Shown one piece after another: positions 1 to 13,700 of a stretch of DNA of 64,000 nt (positions are counted from its first letter, which is position 1; each line of letters begins with the position of its first letter). The stretch comes from Podarcis erhardii. Its lineage: Eukaryota. The notes under the pieces are model-generated. The model searched no databases. It had not been told where the DNA came from and worked only from the letters and a program-made list of their open reading frames with translations. A program made the translations under genes and the position numbers. The DNA is taken from assembly GCA_964252035.1 (NCBI GenBank), contig CAXUOO010000087.1; one strand, given 5' to 3'.

Positions 1-586
1 ACGCGTGTTTGTACAGGCGCTACTAATATACATAAAACCAGATATTGAACAAAAAAAGCATCTGCAGTTGGCTCCTTGTCGAAGTAATCGATAATTATGG
101 ATACAGATTGAAATATACATGTTTTTAAGACATACACATATGTAGTCTATATTTTCATCTGTTCCATTTGGAGCGAGCTATGGTACATATTTTCTACATA
201 CATATATATGTATTTATATATATATACATATATGCTCGTATATATTTCCACAGTCAGGGAGAGCATGGAAGTACGTGAAGGCCGATATGTGGCACTGCTC
301 ATGCCATACAAATCATGTATATATGTCTATGTAGACGTATCTGAAGAAATGGTTAAAATCATGCACTGACACATACAAACACACAGACACACATACATAT
401 ATACAAGCGCAAACTTGTACATTTGCGCTAGCATACACCCACGTCAGTTTGAAAATGTGGACATATATATGCTATGCCTGAGAAATCAGATACATCGACA
501 CACATACACATTATGTGTATGTATATACCTATGTATACAACGGCATGTACAACTCTGTGATACACATATACATTGTATTTATACAC

Positions 587-619
<33 letters not shown>

Positions 620-1041
620 TAGATAGATAGATAGATAGCAATCTGTCCATCTGTAGAAATATAGACATACAATTATTTATAAATAGTTTGTACTTTAGAT
701 GATAAAACCGGAAAACAAATCAAAAAGCTAATACAGAGACGGCAGAAGAAAAGACTAAGCCAAAATGGAAGCGAGCCCGCAATTCGCGCTTATCAGCGTT
801 GAAGTGAACATAAGTTTATACAAGTGTATACATATGCGAATTTTCTCTGTGGGTGGATCTACTATGTTTGTGTCATATATATGTGTGGATATGAATATGG
901 ATAATTGCATGTGTATATACAGTAGGTAGTTCACACATACATATACACACAACATGCCTATTCTGAAACCCCATTACTCCTCTCAGGAAATGTTGGCGCA
1001 CATCCACTTCATGCGAAAGCATAAAGTTTCTCTGGTCTTAC

Positions 1042-3425
1042 TGTTAGTAAGTATGCATACACTGCATGCGACGTTGCATTTCTCTTGTTGACAATAGCGG
1101 GAATGAAGTCTCTGCTAATCGAAGTGTAATCAAAAGAATAACAAAATAACTGTAGTACTTTTGGAGTACAAATATACAGTCCTATATCCATCCAGTCGTA
1201 GTGCACTTGCAATTGTCTTTTCTTTTTCAAAGAAGCATGGCTGTCCTGAAAAGAAAGAGACAAACACTAAAACCAGGTGGAAGAGAAGAAACAGTTTCTG
1301 AATAGACGCTGAATCAAAGTTTCTGTAGAGAAACACACTTACATATATATATATATCGTATGAAGCACACACGCTGCATAGTATAACAAAGGAAAAAAAA
1401 CTTTATCTAAGAACATATATGCAAATATAAAGAAATTAATGTATGTGAGTAGTATATATCTATACGATGTGTGCCTTTTTCTATAGCTCTAGCACCGCAT
1501 AGACGTCTAGATCCGCGTGAATCTATGTGCACCTTAGCTCTGCAAGTCCCTAATCAACATGTGGCCCACAAAGTCAGTCAACACTGCTTCCCACTGAAGC
1601 GTCTTTACAAGAAGTATTTTATCAATAGTATGACTAAGCGCTTCACTACCAAGGGGACGTCTAAACCTTCACTGCACCACTTTACACACATCAAAAACTA
1701 CGATTAGCACGGCCACACAGTCCAAACGTAGCTTGTAGCGTTTAATATGGTGCAGCTGCTGCTGATGTTTTGCTGGTCATAAAGTTGCTACCTCTACGAT
1801 TGATTGGAAAATGCAGCAGCAGCGAAAACAGGAGGGCTTGTGAAAGAAGGCAAATGTTGCCACAACAACAACCACAGCGACAACAGGACCTGCAATAGCA
1901 GGTGCTGCTGCAGCTGCCCGTTGCCTGTGTACCTGCGAAAGCAGACACATGTCGACGAACAAATTGGCACTCTTTTGCAGCGACTTTGAGGAAAGAATTT
2001 CACTGGTTGACTCGTCGAGGATGACTGCGACATCATCCTGCGGCAGACGCAAAGGACTAGACGGAGGCACACGGATGAGAAGCTGCGTCAACAGCTGCTC
2101 TCGCCCTTCTGCTGCTGATACTTCTTTGGCTGCTGCAGTCGTAACTGCTGCTGCTGCATTGAGCAAGTCTGGCTGACTAGTGCTGCTCTGCGACAGCCGC
2201 GATGAAGACGCACTAGCAGCTGCAGCAGCTTGGCGCAAACGGTGGCAACTGATAGCGCCTTGAAGATCTGCTGTAGCCAATGTGCTGCCTAACATCAACA
2301 CAAAGTCTACGAGTCGCACAGCAGCCGCACCAGCACACCCAGCAGAAGAAAGGCGTGAGAGAGCAGCAGCAGAAGCATACATATGTGCCTATTTGTGTGT
2401 AACGTACGAGAACTAGAAGCAGCAACGTTGAATTTAGACGCAGCAGCATCACTCAGCAGGTAATAGTCATATACACATACGTACATATATGTGATATACG
2501 TTTATGGGGCACCTCTCGTGGTCCTCTTTGCACACACGCAGACAGTTGTTAGCGTACTCACATGTACACCTGAACAGATGTACTCATACACAAATTTGTT
2601 CAGATACCCAAATAGACACGCGGTTTTACGTAAGTGAAAAATCAAATGATTTATAGCTGTGGCATCTGAGTGTCCCGGCTATTCCTTTGCGTACCAGTTC
2701 CCTTAACTGAAATCACGTAGAAGAAGAATCCAACACGTCCTGGTCACAGCCACAAATAAATCGATATATATGGATATGTACACACATATATTCACATATG
2801 TATTAATATACATGCAGACAAGTGAACAAAACTCTGGACAATTACCCAATCGAACCAGAGTGCTATCTCTAACGGCATGAAGGCTGACACTCTGTAGAAA
2901 AAAACGTAGACATTGGTGATGTTTGTCAAACTTACGTAGTCCAAGTTTGAAATATACACTATTGCAAACTCTACACAATGCACCCACGTCCAACAAACTG
3001 ATATACACATTCGAGGTAGAATCTACCGGTGCGCATGTCGACTTGCGCTTCAAAGTCGCGCAAAGCATCGCCCACTGAGTACACATTCTTCGAAAGAAAA
3101 ACAGCAGAAATTGGCCGTCTGCTTCCAATACTCAAGCGCCGCTGCACTGTGTCGTTGCTGCTGCTCCTGGTGCTGCTGTAGCTGCCTCTGCGCATAAGAA
3201 ACGATTCGTAGCTTTCAGCTGCGGCGCTGATGGCATGCCCTTCGTCATCATCCTTTACTAGTAACAACACTTCCGTAACGCCTGTTAGGAGAAAACAGCA
3301 GCAGTGGCATCATATGCATCATCAACAGCAGTGCTGGCACTGACTCAAAAGCAGCAACCAAAACCGTTTTCGCAATGTAAGGTTACCAACTGCACCAGTC
3401 CTACCAGAATGAATTTTTCAAAATC

Positions 3426-3462
<37 letters not shown>

Positions 3463-6055
3463 GAGTACGCGTTTCAAAGGGAATACACATCAGAATTAAT
3501 TCTCTTCTGGATAAACTAAAAGCTACACTGCTTCCATATCTTTTCGCCAGAAGTGCACTTTGCCCGCGACAACTTCTAGACGGCTTTCACTCATTTGAAA
3601 CTGTTATCACATGGAGCTCGTGATGTTGAGTAGAAAGTGTTATGGTTGCTGCGATGGTTGCTCTAGTTCCCTGCTGGAGCTGCAACACCACATGGTGGCG
3701 TTGCTGCTGCACTACGTATTGTTTTTCTATAGTTCACAAGCTTACCCTGCTTCAAATTCTATTATTCCGGTGCAGGATTATTTGCACCTCTAGGCTAGAA
3801 GTCTGACGTTGATATCAAAATTCACGTCCACCTTTTTTTTGAAAACACACATATATATATGATGTGGATCACACACCACATATAGCTACATTCATATATA
3901 ATAAGCAGAACATACTTGTCCACATAATGCAGCAACGCAAAACTGTCAATGATAAACGCAGAAGTTTCCTTTTTAAAGAAAAGAGAGATGGTGTTGCTGC
4001 TACTGTGAGCCGCATAAATGTACCTAAATGCGAAAAGCCATATTACGGAGCAGGCTTGGAGCAAATCGTAGAATTCCACGAAAGGAATATTAGATAGTCA
4101 GGATCTCAGGCAAGTGGTAAGACTGTAAAGGCAATGAAGGCATGACTAAGGGAGAATGAGGACTTGGAGACGACATGCTACAACGAATAGCTCTGATATG
4201 TGAGTCACACATACACTTTCACAGATCTGTTTTATGCAGAACTGGCGCACATTATGGACAGAAAGACATATAAACTCTCAAGCGTTGATAATTACTCATT
4301 GTATAATCATGTACACGTCATAAATATATATATATATATATACATAAGCATAAGCACATACATTCAACAAATCAGTATACATAAAGACGTATAATTATTC
4401 ATCCAGATCTACAGGCATACGTCCCTACCCTAGATTTCCATCTACCTCTACAATCATGTATACACAACTGTATATATACGGATCTGTAGGTTTGTGTGCA
4501 CTTGGAAGGAAAAATAAAAACTTCCTTGCTGTGTATGGATAGTGGATTAAAAGGAGAAAGCGTCTTTGATACTTCTCACACAACGCTCCAAACACTCTCC
4601 GCTAGGTCTAATTTTTCCATATCTTGACTTCCCAATGCACATACAAACATAAGCGTATAGAGATATATATACATATATATGCGCAATAAGAAACACAAAA
4701 TTCGAAGCGGTGCTGCACTCTTCTGAGTGTGTAGTTGGCATCGCAGCATTACCGTTTCCGAATAAGAAATCAAAAGCGAAGAAAAGCAGCGGTACATTGC
4801 ATAAGGGTAGAAGAGCATGTGCAGCTTGGTCAGTCAGGGGGGCAAAAGCCTTTGCTGTTTCAGGCAATGTGAAAGCCAATAACACAGCAGGGAGGTCCGA
4901 ATGGCACGTAAAGTGCATCGGACATAACACTTCGCTACGTATCGTCACTTTTCTATCTCTACGTAATCGCTTCGTCCCTTGAGACACACCGCGCTGCACT
5001 GATGAGTTTACATCATTTACGGCAAAAGGTAGTGTTTGCCGCTGGTGTGGCTGCTTCTGCTGAGTCTCTGCACCAACTGCGACATGTTCGAACTGGGCAC
5101 CTGCCTCTGGCGAGGCTGTCGCCACTGGTCTTTGTGTTAGTGCTGCTGCTGCTGCCCTTGCTGCTGTTCCAGGCGATCTACTATCGTCTGCAGAAAGGCT
5201 GGAGGCTGTACGAGAGCGCCACCCTAACTTTTGAAGAATAGCGGGAAGTGAATTCAAAGTGGCCAGAGGGCGAGACGAAGAAGTTAATGCGCCATGTTGT
5301 TTGGCTGCTGCTGGTTCTTTCGACATAGAGCTTGGAATAGCAGGCCCGAGTTCATCGAAAGCAGCTTTTTCAGGAGCATCACTTGCCAATAAACTAGTTG
5401 GAGGTACTGTGGCCGAGGCAGTGCGTCGCTGCAGCTGAAGAGGACGCGAGTGTTCGGTGACGGCAGCTGTACGTGATCTGTGGAAAACCGACGATTGCTG
5501 TGGCCGCTCTTTACGTTTTATATGCTCACCATTTCCCTTCGGTGTTACAATAGACTGCGAAGAAAAATATTGCGGTTGTTTTCGGTTTTGCCGTTGCACG
5601 TCCCACGGCGAAAGGGAGCTGCCGATCCGGAAGTCAGCAGTTTCCTCTTCGTTCTTGTGTGTCTCTACGAGAGGTGGTAGAGTGGAAAAACGGAGCGGTG
5701 CCTTGGACGGAAAGGATGTTTGAGAGGCCGGCTTATACACTGTGATCGGAGGTATAGATTGAAATCGAGGTTGACGACGTGACGAAGTAGGATTCGCCAA
5801 CCCTTTGTGCATTCGTGGAAACCTTGAGATGAGTCGTGATTTGAGCGATGAGGCACGTGAAATGTTGCTTGCTGCTGCACTGGGCGTCGTGTGTGAAATC
5901 AGATCTTTGAACCTTCCGTTCTCAGCTGACTTCTCTGACAGTGGAATTTCGGGAGAGCCGTCAAATACTTCTTGTTGTTCGCCTGGCCCGTCACCCACAT
6001 AGTGCCGGTTTCTTGTTTTAGGGTTCTTTCGCCAGGAAAGTTGAGTGGAATACAT
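1042..6055 (-). CDS. EIF2B5: Translation initiation factor eIF2B subunit epsilon (GCD6/EIF2B5 family), multi-exon, 3'-partial. Inferred exons: 6055-4753, 3281-3027, 2306-1933, 1245-1042. Later exons (LbH and W2 domains) were not found in the window.
   Basis: The spliced translation gives eIF2B-epsilon NT-domain blocks in the correct order: LPAVLL..FAPLT....HALLPLCNVPLL..FDFL..NG|VTEV; YSVGDALRDFEA; DFVLMLGS...DLQGAI..HRLR; PSSPLR..QDDVAVILD; VHYDWMDIGLYICTPKVLQLF..SFDY. GT/AG boundaries are phase-compatible at all three introns. The start codon is uncertain. Confidence 0.85.
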
Positions 6056-6447
6056 CTGGATACGCACGTGGATATACTGCTTCGGTTGCGGTCAGCCGGG
6101 TTTTACACAGATCTTTCTCTTTTCTTCAGCCTCGATAATTTGGAATGATAGCTCGCTTAATCCAATACGTTCCCAGAAGGTCGCGAGCGCATGAAAACAT
6201 TCCGACATGAACAAGAAGTCGGTAACTGGGAAAATGAGTGCTGCTTGATGAAGTATCTTCGCTACTTTACGAAAATATTAAAGCTGCGCTTGCTCACAAT
6301 CCAGCGATGGCAGCTATTACGGTGAAAAAGGCTTAGTCAGCCATGCTCCCAAAAGATCTAGGCCGCCAAAATTCAATAAAGAAAATTGTTCCTTGCATCG
6401 AATACAAATTTAGTCTATTCAGTTTTTAAGTGGTGAGTTATACATCA

Positions 6448-6450
<3 letters not shown>

Positions 6451-6491
<41 letters not shown>
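6451..6491. repeat. (TA)n microsatellite, representative of dozens in introns and intergenic DNA (e.g. ~22581-22624, ~33219-33256, ~41966-42020)
   Basis: Direct observation. Confidence 0.95.
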
Positions 6492-6494
<3 letters not shown>

Positions 6495-8454
6495 CGCACG
6501 AGGTCTCGTTTCCAAAGCGAGCAGGTCTTTCAATTTCCCTCAGCGTGGTTTCTGCACACAGTCCTGAAAAAGCTTAGTATTGTGAGATCGTAGTTTGTTG
6601 GCGAAGAATGTTTTATTTTCATGTGACTCATTTTCCAAATTTATGTAACTGAATATATCAAATAAAACCGTTTGCCTCTCAAAGTACTACGACTCCACTG
6701 TGCGGTATACAATTCAATCTGTCCTCTGTTTTGTCAGCATCAAAAAAGAGACTTCGCATCTTTTCCCCGTTACAGTGTAACGACAACAACAAATTCTTGA
6801 AGCTGCAGGAAAAGACTTTTTTCCAACGAGAAAGGTCACGTGACACTGCCTGACGATGAAGACATTATGGAGCCTATACACACTCTCGGTTAGCTAGCTG
6901 TTGGTCATCGGCTCTTAATCCCGCCTCAAGCGTGCCAGCAGCAGATCTGATAATACTTGAGAATACGAATATGTTTCGGATTTATAATTTGATCGGTAGA
7001 TATATATTTGTATACTATCCCTAGAAGGAAACTGTGGGCGTACTTGGCAGCGTCATTCCAGTTGATGAAAATGGGAATGCATATAAACGGCCACTCCAAA
7101 CTCAAATGAACACCTTTCTTTCGCCGCTCTCGTTCTACGCTCGACGGCAAGTGGGTTTGAACGTCTGAAACTGCTGGAAATTGTTGGAGAAAAGGTGCGG
7201 TTCAGCATGCATGGTTGAGATGCGCCTGCAAGGACACATGCAAACTGGTATAACTGTATTGTTCTACAAATATCAAATGAACCGTGACCTAAGGTTCCCA
7301 AAAAAGAGCAACACCTACAGAAAGCTGCGCCTGCAGATAGCCTACAAGTGTGCTGTTACGTATACTCTTTTCGCGTGATATCCGCACGTAAAGAGATTAC
7401 TATTTCTTTTCACAGTAGAAGATCCACTTACAAACTATATCTGCGGTACTGGAAAACATTGTTTCACGTTATCATACGGACAGGATTACGTACATATAGA
7501 CAACGAAGCTTATTCAAATGATTTCGTATATGTAGACAAGAAAGCATATAATTGTACAGAGCCATTTATGAGGAGGATTCAGGCAAGCGTTACAACTGCT
7601 TTTCCGCCTATCAAAAATCTTCTTCAGTGCATCCGAGGTCCACTACATGAGGCACATCTCTTCCACTGATTGCTTGGACGCCTTCAAACAAGCGTCAAAA
7701 ATTTGATAGCACAAGGTGAGCGGTGCGGCGGCGGAATCATAATTGAAGAATTGGGAAATAAAGTGAAGGGACGTTGAGTCGCTCATTAAAATAAGAATAC
7801 ATGATCTTTGTGTCCTGAGGTTAATCTCGCTTTGAATGCAGTCATTAGTGTACCTTCCCTTTTTAAAATTTTTTAGTCTGACCTGTATGTTGGCCGATGT
7901 CGTTACTGACGAGCCTAACTGCGATTCCACAATATCTTTGCAATGAGATCATTAGGAGACGTTCGATGCTGGCTTTAAGACGTTTTTTCCCAGCTAGGAT
8001 ACGTCCCAACAGCAAAGTAACGAGCTAGGGACTTTAATCGACAGCATAAGCTTTATATTCATCGATGAAAATCAGTTTTAGTTGTGAAAGTCGTCATACT
8101 GTCGCCTACCGAAGCGACTCTGAAAAGTAAAAACATTACCACACACGTGCTTTCTTCGAAAGAATAAATTGGTATTTGAGAAATATGCGCTCTTTGCCTC
8201 ATAGGCATCAGACTAACGCTACAGCTCCAGCTCAGTTATATGTTAGGAAGTGCCGTTACACGATGACGAGGTTTTCCGCCTCGATCAGTTGCATGCTTTC
8301 TCTACGGTTATTTCTAATATCGTATTACATTCAATAAAGCACACCAGATTATATACTAATTATATATATATATATATATGTGTATATCCGTACAATGAAT
8401 TCTGCACTGACGTACTTCTATGGTAGTTTTCAAATGTACTTTTATATACATATG

Positions 8455-8496
<42 letters not shown>

Positions 8497-10700
8497 GCAT
8501 ACAAAACTTCTGCTTTGCGCTACTATATAGGTGTTGCTATGTTGTACAGTACTGAATGCATCGCAGCAAATAGTGGTCGCAGCATACGTTACTTGTTGAA
8601 GAAGTTATAATTTACTTTCTTGTATGTGCTTTTGGGTGGTTAAACAACTGGAACTAGAATTTGCTTATCACATAGGAGTGCTGAAAGAGCGAGTGACCTG
8701 GACACAACTTCGACGATAACTCGCGTTCTGCTCTACTGATTTTTTGTAGACATCTTGTAAGCGATATATACTAAGAAACAGTCTCGGATGAGCCGTAAGA
8801 TTCGCAAAAGCCTCATTATTCATCATTTCTTTTTGAACGACTCTTTGTATGACCCTCTTATACACTCCTCGCTAACAAGGACTATATAGTTTTATGCTAG
8901 CATAGAAAGTGTTTACATAAACACTCATGATATTATAAATATGTATCCGAGTAAACTGCTGCAAACAGTTTCTGTGTGTCATAAAGACTGCTGCGTCAAC
9001 TAGCTAAACAAGGAAAATTTTGTTCTCATGGATCCAGCAACAGGCATGTTTTATACGGCGGGTTCACACGTATCATGCTGGTAAAATGTAAATGTACCTA
9101 TATATGTGTTTCAGCCGTAAAGGTCGACAACAAGCCTTTTCTCGTCGCAAATCTAGTACATAGGTTTGATGACTATATAAATACACACGCATGTACTCTA
9201 TATATATGTATATATATTTATGTGTATTTATGAACGCATACTGGAAATGTGTATAGGTATGGTTCTCTTTCATGCAGGAAAGACGTCATCGTCTGCGTAT
9301 ACTCATTTACACACGCAGTATACACTTGTAGTAAACGGGCATAGACATGACAACCGCGACAACACTATTGATCACATGAGCTGGATATTGTATAAGGTTG
9401 TCATGAACTAAATTTGCGCTCCTTCATCTATCCAAGCTGATCTGGAGAACACACCTGTAATGACAGATTTCGTTTGACTTTTTCAAATTTGCATAGCAGC
9501 AAAGACAGAGCAGCACAGAGTGTCTACTTTGTATGCAGTGCCAACCAACGCATGCACATGGGCTACTTCCAACGACCGCATGTGCCAAACTTCTCGAACG
9601 TCTATGGCATGGGCCTTACTTGCAGCTGCCGTTGTGTCCCCTTCACTGATGCGGCTATTGCTGTAACTGGATCTCGGCTAAATGTCTTTCATACCCACCC
9701 ACTTTCTACCAACTTCTACTAACAGTTTTTTCTGTCTCAATGTGGAGGATGTTTTCGCCACCTTCTTTGAGTATACAACACGCTGCATGCAATCGATGCG
9801 GTATACACACACAGAAAAACTGGTCGCTAAGAATATATTCTGCACACAAGCACCATCCATGCAGATTCCGAAGAATTTGTCTTTCCATCTGATAATTTTT
9901 CCGCCCAAGATCTCTTTCCAAATGCGCAGATCTTTGCCCACTGCTCTGTTATAGCACGCAGCGAAACAGCAGCTCTGACAGCCGTAGCAGTAGTATTGCC
10001 GCCCATTTAGCCGCAGTTGCGGCGGAGACTGAATCAGGAGCAGCAGCCGCGGAAGTAGCAATGTATATTACCGAAAAGAGTGGCAGTGTTGCGGTGCATG
10101 TGTGCGATATTACAGCAGTAATGAAACTACAAGGTGTGTCACATACTAGCAAAAACGCAGTAGCAGTGTCCACAACAGCTCCAAACTTCCCACGATTTCG
10201 TTGAGAAAAGTGCAGGTGCCGAAAATAAGGACTCGGGTTCGCTGAGAACTCTCAGCTGTGTCAGCTTGAACGAGAGCAGAAGAACACGCGTTCTTTCTAA
10301 GCATGAACTGCTGTTGTTCCAGCGAAGACGAAGCGTGGAGCACAAAACTCGCGGAAGCACTGCACAGTTGACGGTTCATTTTTCACTTCAACTACAGAAC
10401 ATACGAGCTGCTGCGCTTCAGCTGCAGCAGGTGCGGCTCTTCAACTGCGTCTGGGGGGCACTGTCGCATATTTTTGCTGGCTTCAGCTGCAGCTCTGCTG
10501 TTGAACTGAATATGTAATGCTACGAAGCATGCACCAATGCTGCGGTTGCTTGACTGAAGCAGCAACAGCAGCGTTGTGCGCTCAAAGTCTGCAAAGCGCG
10601 TGGTATTTTTTCGAGTGGCAGCCTCATTTCCCAGCAGAAACAGCCACACCAAGTCCTGCCTGAAAAAGCTCCTGCAAGTGCAGCGACTGCTGGCACCTCC

Positions 10701-13700
10701 ATGAGTTCCGTTTCCGCAGTTGTTGTTGAAAGAAGTGGACTTGCTGCTGCTGCTAAAGTTGTCAACAGTGGTCGCCGCAAAAAAGCAGCTGCACAGCCGT
10801 TTCACAAACTCCAGCAGCAGCAGCAGTGGCAGTGGCACCGACTGCAGCGGCAGTTCCAGCGGATTTTTCGAGGCCAACGAACGACTGAGCAGTCTACTCG
10901 AAAATGCGCTGCAGCCTCGCCCCACAGTTGTGTTCTGCAAGTGTTGCAGCAGCGGCACCTGCACACGTCCATGCAGCAGCTGCAGCAAAAGCCAGAGACA
11001 AAGAAAGAGCAACAACAGCAACACCAACAACAACAGCAACAGCCACAACAGCCACAACAGCCACAACAGCATGAGACGGCTCGACTGACTCCACAAAAGG
11101 AGCCGTTGCAGAGAATCGTGGGGCCTCTCCGAAAAAGGAACTTTCTGCAAGACCAGCAACAGCGCCAGACTTGTCAGCAGACGCGCCAGCAGCGAGCAGA
11201 GCACGAAAAGGCAGTTTTTTTTCAGCAGCCACAGCAGCAGAAGCTCCGAAACACGGCAGCAGCAGCGCAGCCAGAGCAGCTGCAAGAAGCGAAGTGCTGG
11301 AGAGACTTCGCGGCTTCCTTCTACGGCTGCCGGCCTTCTTCAGAGGAACTTTCTCGAGCGCTGTGGCCGCTGTGGCTGCGCCTCCAGCAACAGCGGCGGC
11401 ACCCGAACGGCTCGCGCGTTTCATTACTGTCGAAAACCAAAGAAAGCGCAGCAACTGCTTCGAGTGAGTTGTGTTTCCAGCAGCAGCAACAGCGCAGCAG
11501 CGACGACGACTGTCTGCAGCGCACAGCGCGCCGTCTCACTGCGTACGTCTTCACCTGCGCACCAGCGCTGCCAGACGCGGCTGTGTTGCTGGCAGTTTTC
11601 ACTTCTTTGCTTTTGCAGCCTGCTTGCGAGAAAGAAAAAGCGAGCATCAGCTGCGTCCTGCTGCTGCCTCTGCGCGAACTCCTCTTCCGATCTTCCACTG
11701 CGAAACACCAGCACGAGCACCGGCGAACTGGAAAAAGAAACAGCGCTTCGAAGCCAGCCACTCAAGTAGAGAGACGGACTTGCTTGCTGTCTGAAGAAGA
11801 AGCGCTTTCACCCGTCGAGCTGCTGCTGCGGGCCTGCTGCATGCGCAGCCTGCTCCTGCTGCGCATGCAGCAGCTACGAGGAGGCGAGGCCGACGAAGAA
11901 CTACACTCTGACAAAAAACTCGGCGAAACTGCTGCTGCAGTGCTGCTGCTGCTGCAAAGTGTGGGCTCTCTCAAACTGCCAGCTCCGGAACTGTTTCACC
12001 GCGCAGCTGCTCTGCTTGTCTCTTCTCCTCTGCTGCTGCTTCAGCTGCAGCCCCACGCACTGATAAAGCTGCTGCACGTCTACGCCCAGCACGAGCTCCT
12101 TTTGCAGCAGCTGCAGCACAACAACAACAACAACAACTACTGCGACTACTACTACTATTACTGCCGACCACAGTGTAGGGACTCAGCAGCAGCAGGAGCA
12201 GCAGTGCCCACAGCAAATTCCAGTTCATCATCAACAGCAGCAGGAGTAGTGGCAGCAGTGCCCACAGCAAGTTCCAGTTCATCATCAACAGCAGCAGCAG
12301 CAGCAGGAGTAGCAGCAGGAAAAGTAGTGGCAGTGTCTCTGAGTGGGTGTGTTGAGCACTCAGGGCACTTAAAATTTGCACAGTCTGCACAGGCTGCAGA
12401 GGCTGCAGCAGTTGTGAGGGAAACAGCGCCCCAGACTGCAGCGGCTTCAACGCAGCAGCAGACGTCGAAGCCGACAAAAGAGGGAGAAAAAACTCCACGC
12501 ACTGCCTGTCCCAACACTCAGCAAGTGGCAGCAGCTGTGCTAGGCGCCTTGCCCAAAACCACTCGTTTAGAAGGTTCTTTCTCTCTCTCTTCACCCTACG
12601 TATTGCCACTCTTCAGGCGAGTCGCTGTGCGTCTCTGCAGTCTGCAGCGAACCCACGCCCACAAACATCTAGCGCTGCAACAGCTGCGCCTTCAACTGCG
12701 CGCTCTCCAACACCAAATACAGCACCAAATACAGCACCAAATACAGCAACAAATACCGCAGCAGCACCCAATACAGCACCAAATACCGCAGCAGCACCAA
12801 ATACAGCACCAAATACCGCAGCAGCACCAAATACAGCACCAAATACCGCAGCAACACCAAATACTGCACCCAATACAGCAGCAGCACCAAATACAGCAGC
12901 GATTGGTGCAGTGGAAGTGGCCACAAAACCACCACCACCAGCAGCAGCAGGAAGAGTCGTCGCTGCGTTCAGTGGCCCTGCAGTGGGCGCAACAGGTGTT
13001 TTTAGACTTGCCAGCAGTTCGCAAGAAGCAGCGACGACGAAGAAGAGCCCACTCTCTTGAGAAATCGCCCAGTTGGCTAGCGCAGAAAAAGGCTCCTTGT
13101 GTGGATTTGCAGCTGAGTGCGGAGGAGGACCTGCGTGCCGAGCAGTTGCGAGTTTTGCAGCAGCGCGAGAAACAGCTGTGGAGTGCAATCGAGGGTGTGC
13201 AGTTGCAGCAGGAAATGCACTTGAGTGCCGCGCAGATTTCCCGTCTGCTTGCGGCTCTCACGAAACTCGAAATCCTCGACTTTCGAGTGTACAGCCACGT
13301 GGTTTCTTCGTGGATTCCTCACTTGCTGCGTCCACTACTACTGCCACTACTACTACTACGTCGTCAGCCTTTGTCAGTTGCTTCGAAAGAGCAGCTCCCA
13401 CAGCATATTGAACAACGCAGCCAGCCACCACCACCCCCACAGCAGCAGCAGCATCAGAGACAGAAGGAGCAGCAGCATGCAGGGACTACTCTAGAGCGTC
13501 CTGCAGCCCTCCAGAACGCATGCAGTGCAAGGGACTTAGTGGCCCTGTTTGGTGGCTCCGTGCGCATGCTGCGTCTCTGTGATCGCTGGAGGCAAAGCAA
13601 CCAGCAACAGGCAGTCTCCTCTCCAAGCTCTGACTCCGTTGCAGCAGCCGAGGCTCCTACACCTCACCCAGCGAAATCTCCTGCAAATGTGGAGGTTTGT

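Noticed and set aside
415-618. Short ORFs rich in IYIYIY/YMCV, here and throughout the window
   Set aside because: Translations of (TA)n and (TG)n microsatellites.
3864-4097. Plus-strand 77-aa ORF with protein-like text
   Set aside because: Lies antisense within eIF2B-epsilon intron 1; no recognisable motif or convincing splice context.
6015-6025. Telomere-like TTTAGGG heptamer
   Set aside because: Isolated single copy (another near 15010); no array.
7140-7195. COX5B-like peptide (ASGFERLKLLEIVGEK)
   Set aside because: Too short, no compatible acceptor phase, and no downstream zinc-binding cysteine block.
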